In this document: one piece after another, positions 1 through 11,400 of the stretch
How the letters are laid out: each line of letters begins with the position of its first letter
Position numbering within the stretch: position 1 is the first letter of the stretch
DNA from: Eledone cirrhosa
Lineage: Eukaryota
Direction of reading: 5' to 3'
Length of the DNA: 64,000 nucleotides
NCBI GenBank assembly: GCA_964016885.1
Contig: OZ024742.1
Coordinates: 72,974,001-73,038,000 of the forward strand
The notes under the pieces: model-generated
The model's database searches: none
Told to the model about the DNA's origin: nothing
The model's input: the letters and a program-made list of their open reading frames with translations, nothing else
Translations under genes and position numbers: made by a program

Positions 1-1880
1 AGTGTATGATATAGTGTTGGTTCACTGTTAGACCATGTAATACTGTGACAGTGTAAGTTGTCTGTTGGCCCATGTAATTTTATGGCAGTGTATGGCGCAG
101 TGTTAGTTGTCTGTTGGTCCATGTAATATTGTGACAGTGTATGACACAGTGTTAGTTGTCTGTTGGTCAATGTAACACTGTGACAGTGTATGACACAGTG
201 TTAGTTGTCTGTTGGTCAATGTAACACTGTGACAGTGTATGACACAGTGTTAGTTGTCTGTTGGTCCATGACACAGTGTTAGTTGTCTGTTGGTCCATGT
301 AATACTGTGACAGTGTATGACAGTGTTAATTCACTGTTAGTCCCTGTAATACTGTGACAGTGTATGATACAGTGTTAATTGTCTGTTCGTCCATGTAATA
401 CTGCGACAGTGTATGACACAGTGTTAGTTCACTGTTAGTCCATGTAATACTGTGACAGTATATGGTACAGTGTTAGTTGTCTGTTGGTCAATGTAATACT
501 GTGACAGTGTATGTTAGTTGTCTGTTAGTTCATGTAATACTGTGACAATGTATGACACAGTATTAGTTCACTGTTAGTCCATGTAATACTGTGACAGTGT
601 ATGATACAGTGTTAGTTGTCTGTTAGTCCATGTAACACTGGGACAGTGTATAACACAGTGTTAGTTGTCTGTTGGTCCATATAATATTGTGGCAGTGTAT
701 GACACAGTGTTAGTTGTCTGTTGGTCCATGTAATACTGTGACAGTGTATGACACAGTGTTAATTGTCTGTTGGTCCATGTAATATTATGACAGTGTATGA
801 CACAGTGTTAGTTGTCTGTCGGTCCATGTAATACTGTGATAGTGTATGACACAGTGTTAGTTGTCTGTTGGTCAATGTAATACTGTGACAGTGTATGACA
901 CAGTGTTAGTTGTCTGTTAGTCCATGTAATACTGTGACAGTATATGATACAGTGTTAATTATCTATTGGTCCATGTAATATTATGACAGTGTATGACACA
1001 GTGTTAGTTGTCTGTCGGTCCATGTAATACTGTGATAGTGTATGACACAGTGTTAATTGTCTGTTGCTCAATGTAATACTGTGACAGTGTATGACACAGT
1101 GTTAGTTGTCTGTTGGTCCATGTAATACATTGACAGTGTATGGCACATTGTTAATTGTCTGTTGGTCCATGTAATACTGGGACAGTGTATGACACAGTGT
1201 TACTTCACTGTTAGTCCATGTAATACTGTGACAGTGTATGCCAGTATATGACACAGTGTTAGTTCACTGTTGGACCATGTAATACTGTGACAGTGTATGG
1301 CACAGTGTTAGTTGTCTGTTGGACCATGTAATACTGTGACAGTGTATGATACAGTGTTAGATGTCTGTTGGTCAATGTAATACTGTGACAGTGTATGACA
1401 CAGTGTTAGTTGTCTGTTGGTCAATGTAATACTGTGAGAGTGTATGTCACAGTGTTACTTCACTGTTAGTCCATGTAATACTGTGACAGTGTATGACAGT
1501 GTATGACACAGTGTTAGTTCACTGTTGGACCATGTAATACTTTGACAGTGTATGACACAGTGTTAGTTGTCTGTTGGACCATGTAATACTGTGACAGTTT
1601 ATGACACAGTGTTAATTGTCTGTTAGTCCATGTAATATTGTGACAGTGTATGACACAGTGTTAGTTGTCTGTTGGTCAATGTAATACTGTGACAGTGTAT
1701 GACACAGTGTTACTTCACTGTTAGTCCATGTAATACTGTGACAGTGTATGACACAGTGTTAATTGTCTGTTGGTCAATGTAACACTGTGACAGTGTATGG
1801 CAGAGTGTTAATTGTCTGTTAGTCCATGTAATACTGTGACAGTGTATGACAGTGTATGACACAGTGTTAGTTCACTGTTA
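1..1880. repeat. Tandem satellite, ~49-bp unit (GACAGTGTATGACACAGTGTTAGTTGTCTGTTGGTCCATGTAATACTGT)
   Basis: Unit recurs at 49-bp spacing (e.g. 182 and 231), with internal palindrome ACTGT-G-ACAGT. Array runs off the window start. Confidence 0.95.
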
Positions 1881-2329
1881 ACTCATTCATTTTGGAAATT
1901 GTAAACATTTACAGTTGAAAATTTCACACATGGTCAAATATTCATTTTTAACTAATGTGAAAGGATTTCCAGTTTTTTCTCTTTTTATTGTTGTTTTCAG
2001 TATTAAACAACATTAATTTATTTGGGGTCACTGCAAAAATATGGCTCTTCCGGATTTTGAATGTTGTTGTTCTTTATCTAAACATCGATAAAGAAAACAA
2101 ATAATGCTTTTAATCAAACGACACATATTCAATGATATCCGTGAGTGTGATGATATAACGTTGCGTCCCAGATTTTGCCGGCGTGTCCTAGTTTTCCGAC
2201 CCTTGTATTACACTATTGCGTTTTCTCTCTTCCACCCTCGATGTGTTATAGAATGGAATGGAACTCCGTCCAATTCGACGATGATTGTTTCAGTTTTTCT
2301 TTATCAACGAAACAGCAAGCTCGTGAAAT

Positions 2330-2607
2330 TAACGTGTAAGTGACTGAGAATTCCACTGACGCGTGTACCCTAATTGTAATTTCCAAGGAGATTCTGCTTG
2401 ATACAGTGTGGGACGAGGCTGACCCTCGAATTACAAGGACAATCAATCCGACGGGCTTCCAAACAGTTTCTGTCAACAAAGTTTTACTTACACGGCATGT
2501 ATCGACCCGGGGCTATAGTAAATAACATTTTGCCAAGATATCACGCAATGGGATCGAACCCGGGAACTAATGATTGCGAAGCGAACTCCTTTACCATTCG
2601 ACCACAA
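2330..2607 (-). mobile_element. tRNA-derived SINE (diverged)
   Basis: Minus strand reads GTGGTCGAATGGTAAAGG (A-box-like) ... GGGTTCGATCCC (B-box), then ...GAAACTG...GAAGCCCGTCGG. Similar bodies occur at ~30840-31180 and ~37980-38210. Confidence 0.7.
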
Positions 2608-2879
2608 TTCACCCACGAGATGACTCACGAAGACGTTCACAACTGAAGTCATTTTAAGATAAAGCAAGAATAGTGGAATGATGCAATACCACATGGCGTG
2701 TAAAACGCCATGTGGTATTTATGTTTACGATTTGAGTTCAAAATACTCTACTTACAATGGACTAATATTTGTAATTCTTTAATAATTGGCTTTAATATTC
2801 ATTTTCCAGTCTATTTTTGTACATGTAAATGTATTTTAATATTTTCCGTCTCAACTTCCACCCCACCTCTTACTCAGCT

Positions 2880-3750
2880 TCCACTACTGAACCTATACTT
2901 ACCCACTCCTCTCACCAACACACCATCATCGGCCCAAACAGACTGTTTCACAAGTTTTAGTTGCCGACAATCACAGTGGACGCCGAACTCTGAGCAGTTA
3001 AGCACTTGTTGCACATTTGTAGAGACTTGCCGACATACTTTGAACCGCTTCAATTTCCAAAAGCACTCTCATTGCACCAACCTCACTTATGCAGAATTCT
3101 CCGCTCTGCGCAGCCTACGGCACCACGATGACATTGTCATAAAACCCGCTGATAAATGTGGTGCCGTGATGGTGTAGCGCGCAGACCTCTAAAGTACTGA
3201 GGCCATCCGCTAGCTTCACAACACCCAATTTTATTGGCCTTTATTCTCTGACCCCACCCCAGCCTACCAACAGCTCATGTCCTCCACCATTCGCCAACTA
3301 ATCTTCTCTCCTACTAATCTTATAGTACGCACCCTCGTACACCCAATATACAGAAACCGATTATCCCAGCAGCCCTATCGTTTCCGCCTGTAACTGCCCT
3401 ACAGAAATAATCTCCGAATATCTTGACACCCTCCCTTCCCACATTCACAACACTAATCATGTTTAACTCCTTCTCCTCTTCTGTTTAACTCCTTCTCCTC
3501 TTCTGATCCCTCTCGTCTTCTCTATACCTTGTACATCAACACTCTACACCGTCATCCCTTACCATCACAGTATTCACGCTCGCGGATATTTATTTTAGAT
3601 TTACGCCCTACACTCTATGCTAGTACTTCTACTCTTCTCCGCCTTGCTGAACTCCTTCTCACTCTTAATGGTTTTTCCTTTTCTGGAGAGTTTTACCAAC
3701 ATGTCTGGGGGAGCTATTGGTGCCAGAATAGGCCCTAACTACGCCAACTT
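2880..3750 (+). pseudogene. Decayed Penelope-like element RT fragment
   Basis: NLTYAEFSALRSLRHHDDIVIKPADKCGAV matches the PLE DKG motif. Downstream LLRLAELLLTLNGFSFSGEFYQ precedes a degenerate GxAxG motif. Contains stops and frameshifts. Confidence 0.8.
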
Positions 3751-4054
3751 AATAATAATAATAATAATAATGATAATCTAAACTATAATAAAGTAAGAAG
3801 CGCGGGACTGCGTACGGTTTATAATTTTTTATCACCTTAGTAAAATAAGTTGGATTAATTTGAATAAATAATGAATGAATATAACATAATTTATCTACTA
3901 AATTTAGTGGCTGTTCATTAAATATATTTTATTACTTATTTAAAGATTCACTTCTTTAAAATTTTCAAATGTCAACACTTCCGGTTAGCGATAGTTTAAA
4001 TAAATATTCATATATTTCTGTCACTAATTTTCTCCTAATGCAGTTTATATATAA

Positions 4055-4785
4055 CTAGCAGTGTATCCCAGCGTGGCACGAGTAAGAACATTGGTAAGAG
4101 CCCCCCCCCCCCCCCCCCCAATGAGAAACGTTTATTTGTGAGTGCCTGTTAAACACTCACGAAATTATACCGACAGGAAACTTGTTTTATTTGGAGAAAA
4201 TTAAGAAGTTGAAAGTCCAGATTAGCTGTCTACGTGCATTGTTCATAGAAATATTGTTGAGTCCCTTCTTTCCATACTCCTCTGTTTTTGGCCTTTTAAA
4301 GTAAATGTAAAAGAGAAAGTCACAGGTTAAGTTGGAAGAAGGCTCCAGTGTCGTAGCAGTAAGGCGTAGGCTACTTACCTCAAAAGTTCATTCGCACTCT
4401 TTCCACTAAGTTACTGTTTCTCTCTATCCCTCTCGGTGCAGTCCCTTGCGAATTTCTCGTGTAGGCCTCGTGTAGGATTTGCACCTGATCCATCTACCCG
4501 ATGCACATGTCCGCTTTGTACGGCTTTTGGAGGAATGAGTGACCAGCAGTACGTTGTTCGGTATTATTACGAAAAGGTGTAGCAGAGAATCCCGCGTGAA
4601 CTAACAGCTCGGGAGGAAACTGCTTACCTCGAAGATTCATTCGCCATCGTTCTTGTCAACGCTCCGTTTACTTGGTATTTGTTGGTCTACAGTTAGATGA
4701 AGGGCGCACAATGGGTTAATGTTTATTGGCAAGAAGTTTTTTTAATAATAAAAGACGGGGTAAAGCGATCCACAATGTATTTGTG
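4055..4785 (-). mobile_element. Probable non-autonomous Helitron (3' terminus at 4055)
   Basis: Minus strand ends ...CTCGTGCCACGCTGGGATACACTG-CTAG|T, an imperfect GC hairpin followed by CTAG and T, which is the canonical Helitron 3' end. The 5' boundary is uncertain. Confidence 0.5.
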
Positions 4786-4884
4786 TATATATATATATAT
4801 AAAGGTAAACAGAAATAACAACACAATCGGTACAGTATATGGAAGGTATATATTAGGTTAACGCTTGATATAGCAGGAAGAGGG

Positions 4885-4920
4885 TCTTAACGTTTCGGAC
4901 GCTAGTCCTTCATCAGAAGA
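4885..4920 (-). ncRNA. Minimal type I hammerhead ribozyme in a Penelope-like pLTR remnant
   Basis: Minus strand: TCTT CTGATGA A GGAC-TAGC-GTCC GAAAC GTT AAGA. Full core, stem II, palindromic stem III (AACGTT) and stem I TCTT/AAGA are present. Confidence 0.8.
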
Positions 4921-5021
4921 AAGAATGAGAAATAAAATAGATTAAGGGGACGGGCGGGATGGAATTGGAAAAAATGTCTTTAGATAAAAATAATAGGTCC
5001 ATTCATGTTGACATCTCTTAT

Positions 5022-5056
5022 GTGTGTATGTATGCATATATACATGTGTGTGTGTG

Positions 5057-5099
<43 letters not shown>

Positions 5100-5280
5100 A
5101 TATATACATATATTTTTATGTGTATATTTATATATATGTATATGTGTATATATATATATGTGTGTGTGTGTGTGTATATGTGTTTGTATATGTGCTTGTA
5201 TATGTATATATATATATATGTATATGTGAATATATGTGTGTGTATATGTATATATGTGTATATATATATGTATATATAAG

Positions 5281-5312
<32 letters not shown>
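5022..5312. repeat. Compound (TA)n/(TG)n microsatellite
   Basis: Direct inspection. Confidence 0.95.
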
Positions 5313-5577
5313 AATGTAGCGAAGATAATACGTCAGCATTGACGTGTTCGTCAGAATGTCGTAATGCAGACAGTCAGACATTATGAGGGCTCGACGGAGA
5401 TCGATAACGGGCGCATAACACCCCTTTAACAACAGAAAATTGAATAATAAAAGCTGAAGTTAATATCTTTAGACAAGGAATATATAAATGCAAGTTTGAA
5501 GTCAATCGGAGTAGAAATGTGGATTTGTATAGACTTTGCAAAAATGAGGACACACACACAAACAACTACAGTTTTAT

Positions 5578-5934
5578 ACATATAGATATCGTCTTTTTTT
5601 AATGTATCATGGATTACGTTACTGATTACATATGACAGTGTAACACAGTCTTCGTTCAATTTCTGTATATTGTTAATTACAAATTTATTTGATCATATCT
5701 ACATGCATATATACTTGCGTATAATATCATATACACACTACACATGCTAGCAGATATATAATATCGTCTTTTTTTAATGTATCATGGATTACGTTATTGA
5801 TTACAGATGACAGTGTAACACAGTCTTCGTTCAATTTCTGTGTATATTGTCAATTACGGTTTTATGTGATGTATCATATCTACATGCATATATACTTGCG
5901 TATAATATCAATATACACACTACACAAGCTAGCA
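5578..5934. repeat. ~177-bp tandem duplication ending in a CTAG hairpin
   Basis: ATATCGTCTTTTTTT...TACACACTACACA(T/A)GCTAGCAGA occurs twice, at ~5585-5754 and ~5761-5934. Confidence 0.85.
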
Positions 5935-6453
5935 GAAAACCACCCGAAGGGTGTTTTTCTGCTAGTTATATTACATGAGTTTAAAAAAAAGAGTTAATAA
6001 ATAAATAAAACGTTATACTTGTTTTACCCTCCCATTTCCAATTAAATCGAACGCTATCATGACTGTATGTGTTTGTTTGTGTAAATGTATATGTGTGAAT
6101 GTATGTATGTTTGTGTGAAAGTATGTGTGAATGTATGTGTATTTGTGTGAATTATGTCCGTGAGTGTGTATTTTTATAAGTTTGTGTTTGCGCGATTATA
6201 GCTATATACTCATACATATAGATGTATGTGCACACTCATACGCATCACTGTGTAGAAAATCATAATCTCTCTATCTCTCTCATCACACACTCTCTCTTTA
6301 TATATCTGTTAGAACACGAAAAGTGTGAAACAACAGAATGTTCACTTTTCGTGTTCTAACATATATGCGTAACTTCTTCATAAATTTTCCGGGGATAGCC
6401 GTGGTGGTGGTGATCGTATGTCATTGGCTAATTTTCAACCAATCAGAGTAAGT

Positions 6454-6509
<56 letters not shown>

Positions 6510-7890
6510 TATTCCCCCTCTCTCTATATATATCTTACGCTTTCGCTTTACACTCCTCCCCTTCAATAACATATTTCCCCCTCTCTATATATCTCTTATA
6601 CTGTTACACTTATATTTCCATTTATTTATTACCCCCTCTCTCTATATCTCTTCCACTGTTACTTACGCCTGTTTCTCTCTATCTGTTCCGTCTCTATATA
6701 TATCTCTCTTACTCTTTCGCTTTGCACTCCTCCCCTTCAATACCATCTCTCCCCCTCTCTATATATTTGTTACTCTATCGCTGCACGCTCCTCTCCTTCA
6801 ATATATCAATTACACACTTACGCTTTACACTCCTTTATCCCCAGCGCCCCTATATATACCCCCCCCCCCGCATCTATATTTTAATGTTCCGTTGCACCGT
6901 GAATATATGTGTCTATATATATATACATATATATTGTATATACACATTCATGTATGTGTATACACACTCATGTACACTGGTTTTATGTGTGTATTGTAAA
7001 TTTGTACTGTTAAAACACGAAACTAACATTCGATTGACACTTTGATTACCTGTACAGGCAATAGTTATTAGAATGCTGTTGAAGTGTGTATATATTTTTG
7101 GGGGACATCCTGTATATACACACATTATATATAATACAATAAACAGATAAATACACACATATATATATGAGCTTATTTAATTATAAATATTGTGAATTTT
7201 TAACTCAGTTCAATTATATATATAAATGGCTTCTACAGGACTAGAACTGTTTCATTCGAAAGAAATCATCATAATATTGAGAGGGGGGACTAGATAAAAT
7301 ATTTCAAATCAAATGTGTATAAGTTATAAGTTAAAATGTATAAATAGAGACGATAGTGGAGGTATATATGTTTAGTGGAACAGTAGACGATAGAATTAAA
7401 TACAGACGAGAATCTCCCTTTAATGAAACAGCAGACGATAGAAGTAAGGCAATTTAAATTTTAAGCATTTGCATTTTTGCCTTTCATCGTTACGGGGTCG
7501 ATAACATAAAGTACCAGTAATACACTGTCACTATAAGTAGACGACTTTCAAATTGAATTGTTGGTTCCATTTCTTTAGTATTTTCAATTGTAGTTATCTA
7601 CTTAAAAAGCGTTACACGGTTAGAGACATAATTGGTAAGTTATATCTTCCCTATTAAACCATTGCATTATTTCGCCTACAATAGAACAAAAATGAAATGT
7701 TCTTTAAAGAAACAGGAATATAACTTTATAAAAAAAAAAAGTTGCATCCGCTTCTTTTATCATTGATAATTTTTTCGTTTTAATATTAATTGTTTTTTGT
7801 AGTTGTTTATATTAAAAATCTTACTGTAATATTTACTTAAACGAAGGCAGACATCTAAACTTATAGATTAATCTTGAGCGAAGGACTAGA

Positions 7891-7955
<65 letters not shown>

Positions 7956-7956
<1 letters not shown>

Positions 7957-8169
7957 AACGAAGAATGATAAAATTTCAAGCAAAGAGTTTAATTAGGTAA
8001 TGACTTACAAATTTGTTTCAGTATATATTTAATATAATATTAATATATTTTGTAATATTATTAACTAATTATTATAATTAGCGCTTCAGGCTTTGTCTAT
8101 ATACTGAAACAAATTTGTAAGTCATTACCTAATTAAACTCTTTGCTTGAAATTTTATCACTCTTCGTTT
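7956..8169. repeat. 72-bp inverted repeat (7956-8027 / 8098-8169) between (TA)n tracts
   Basis: AAACGAAGAATGATAAAATTTCAAGC...GTATATA is mirrored by TATATACTGAAAC...TCTTCGTTT with 1 mismatch. Confidence 0.9.
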
Positions 8170-8257
8170 TGAATTTCTCATAAGTATTCAATACTCTGTT
8201 GAGAAATACATTTTACATAAACAGTCTTTGTACCATTTATACGGTATTAATTACTTA

Positions 8258-8304
<47 letters not shown>

Positions 8305-8388
8305 CGTATGATTAGAACTGTGTTTATTATTAATATTTTAATGGATTTAATGAAAAATTTTAGGTGTTCATATATATATTCTAAAAAT

Positions 8389-8444
8389 GCGCGAAATCGT
8401 GAATCCGCGATAGTTGAACCGCCAAGTAGCGAGGTATCACTGTA
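8389..8444. mobile_element. Tc1/mariner Tigger/pogo-like terminal inverted repeat remnant
   Basis: Reverse complement TA|CAGTGATACCTCGCTACTTGGCGGTTCAACTATCGCGGATTCAC resembles Tigger TIRs (CAGTGGTCCCTCG...TCGCGGATTC), with a TA target. Confidence 0.6.
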
Positions 8445-8470
8445 TATATGTTTAAATATATAGTGTAGCT

Positions 8471-11400
8471 GTGATGTATCTCGCGAGTGAATCGAGACCT
8501 GTCACTGATTTTGGTGTCCCCACTGCCGATGTGAATGAGCAACGCTGCACTTGTGAATTGGGTCTTGATGTTGCAGGCAGTTCATATACTTACAAAGATG
8601 CGGTCCCACAAGCTTGTTCACATTCCTGTGCTAATAATCTAGATGGGCGTATTAAATCGGATGTGAAAGCAGCTTACCGGATGCGGAATCGGGAGAAGTT
8701 GAGACAAAAACAGGCCGATTATAGAGCTGTGAATTTTGCTAAATTAACACAAAAACAGGCCAAGTATAGATGTTCAAAACGGTATGAGTTGGCAAACAAG
8801 CAGGCCAAGTATAGATCTGCAAATTCAGCTATTATATCTCAAAAGCAAGCCGAGCGTAGAGCTTCTAAACGTACCGAGTTGGCTAAAGAGCAGACCAAGT
8901 ACAGATCTGTAAATCAAGACAAAGTATTACAAACAAAGGCTATGTATAAAATTCACCATAAAGATAATATACAGTCTTATGAGAAAACATACTATAAAAA
9001 AAAGTTTCTTCATAAGCGGTCTTTGTATCAAATGAAGAAACTAAATAAAATGGTTGACTTCCGGATGCAGCATCAGATCTTGATGTCCCAATTTGTTAAG
9101 TCATATAAAAAGACAATAACAGATACCAATCTTCGCAACGACGCACATAGTCACGTGCTGAGTGTGTTCTCCAGATCTGTTGGGATGCGAAATTTTGTGT
9201 GTGCTCAATTAAAAATAAATGTTAAAGCTGTGCATACATTGATGGAAAAGGTCAATGCTAACGGTTTGTTGCATTATTGGGGAAATCAACATTATCACAG
9301 TTCCACCAATGAGCTTCCTAATTTTGACAAGAGCACTGCAAAGTACATGAAAATGGATGAGTTTAAAAATCAGTCCGTTGAGAAAGTCCGAATAGTCGTT
9401 ATCAATAATGAGGAGACAGACAACATTGTGAATGACATGGCTAATGCTGACGAGCAGAATGATGATAATGATGTGTCTAAATGTTTGGTTAGACCTTGCG
9501 GGTCTTCCATATTAGATACATGTCCAAATGACTCAGCTGCTCGTCTAACTTTGTGCCAAAGAATTGATGATAAACTTCCAAAACTCAATCCCGATATGAC
9601 AGTTGCTGAAATAAGGCAGTTGATCGAGAAATATGAGTTTTGCAATGTTACTCATGATAATGATCAGCACTGCATCGGTCAAACTGGCTGCACCAGTGAA
9701 TTTGGCTTTTTAAAATTCATAGCAGTTCACTCGCCAAAGTTGCGCACATTGCTGAGGAAAATTTATAAAGTTCGGTCCTTATGTATTTGGCTCAACAAGT
9801 ACAATGAAGCTGTTTTCAATGGCGATTGGACCAACTTTGAGAATTTGACAGACGTTGCCAACATTGAGCGTGCTATTGCAGTTAAATTCAATAATATGTG
9901 CACTGGTTTCAATGATGTCGAACACACTGATGCAGATGTCATTCATAAATATGGTAATCAAGTTCAAAGATTTCAATCTGAAATTACCAACTATAAAATC
10001 CAACATTGTCATATCTGCAAACTGCGCAAATATAGCAAGGAACTAAAAGTTTGGGATAATTGGAACTCTAGATATTTTAAAACGGCCATTGCAAAGGATG
10101 CAATAACTGCCAACTACTCTTTGCCTTGCACAGTCTGCACAACATGCACTACACATTTGCGCAACAGTGGGGTGCCTTCAATGGCCTCAATAAATGGCTT
10201 GGGCGTTGCTGCCGTTCCCAAAGAACTTGCTGATCTTAATACATATGAGCGAATACTTGTACAACGGGCCAAATGTTTCGTCAATGTAATAAAACTGGTG
10301 CCATACTCATTCAAAGGCAATATTTCAGCATGCATTTCCGCTATTAAAGGAATTGCAATTCACTTGCCTTTGCCTATGGACGGAACTATTAACCGCACCA
10401 TGGATACGTTACCTGCGCTTCAAGACGACATGCTTAAAATAGTCGTTGATAGCTTGCCTTCGCGGAAACAAATTATCTGGCGTTCAATGGTAGACATGAG
10501 TAAAGTATTGAAGGCACTTGATTGGCTTGCAGCAAACAATGTAATGTATGCCGATGTTAAGATCAATCGCTACGCCGATACGGAAAATGAAAACATTGTC
10601 GAGTGCTCGGGAGTTAATAATGCCAAATTCGATAATCTTTTACTTAAATCGAATGCTGGCATTACCTATGAGCATCACACTGTTAAAGACATGAATCTGT
10701 GTCTCCCTGCAGACACTGACTTGGCCTTGTACAAAATGAAAAGAGTGGAAGGCGATTTAATTGCAGACAATGATAAAAAACTTGAGTTGTTGTGCTTTCC
10801 TTGTCTTTATCCAACTGGTCAGTTTGGCATTTTCGTGGACAATAGACCGTTTGGCGCTGTAAAGCCATACATGTTCATAAGAAACAGACTGAATCATAGC
10901 GACTCTAGATTTCGGCGAGATATACAATATCTCATGTTTTGTCTTGATAAAGCCGACAAGAGAGGCATTGATTCTGGTATATATGCCATCATGAAGACCA
11001 CCAAAAACAGCCGCATGACTATAAGCGAGTTTAGAAGGCGGCTTCATGAAAATGACAGGCACCTAGAGGGCAATTTAAATATGATGATGGCCAATGTCCG
11101 TGGTTCCAAGCAGTTTTGGTCTAGAAAATGTTCAGACTTGATGGCTATGGACGAGAAATTTGGCCCGGCCCACTTGTTCTTAACTTTGTCTTGTGCAGAG
11201 TACTTTTGGCCTGATCTGAGAGAGTTCCTGGAAAAGTTGAATGCTGACATACCAGACATTTCTAGAAAACGCACCAATGAGTTGTGCGCGGATGACGTGG
11301 TGGCTGTTAGCGAACATTTTCACCATCGGTTCACCACCTTTATGAAAGAAGTTGTTAAACATACCAATTCTCCGTTTGGTATTGTCGAGCACTTTTTTTG

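Noticed and set aside
1-1880. CRISPR-like array (also 61142-64000 and 31761-34400)
   Set aside because: No unique spacers, eukaryotic context, no cas genes.
4959-7158. YI/CV/HT-rich ORFs
   Set aside because: Translations of (TA)n/(TG)n microsatellites and low-complexity pyrimidine tracts.
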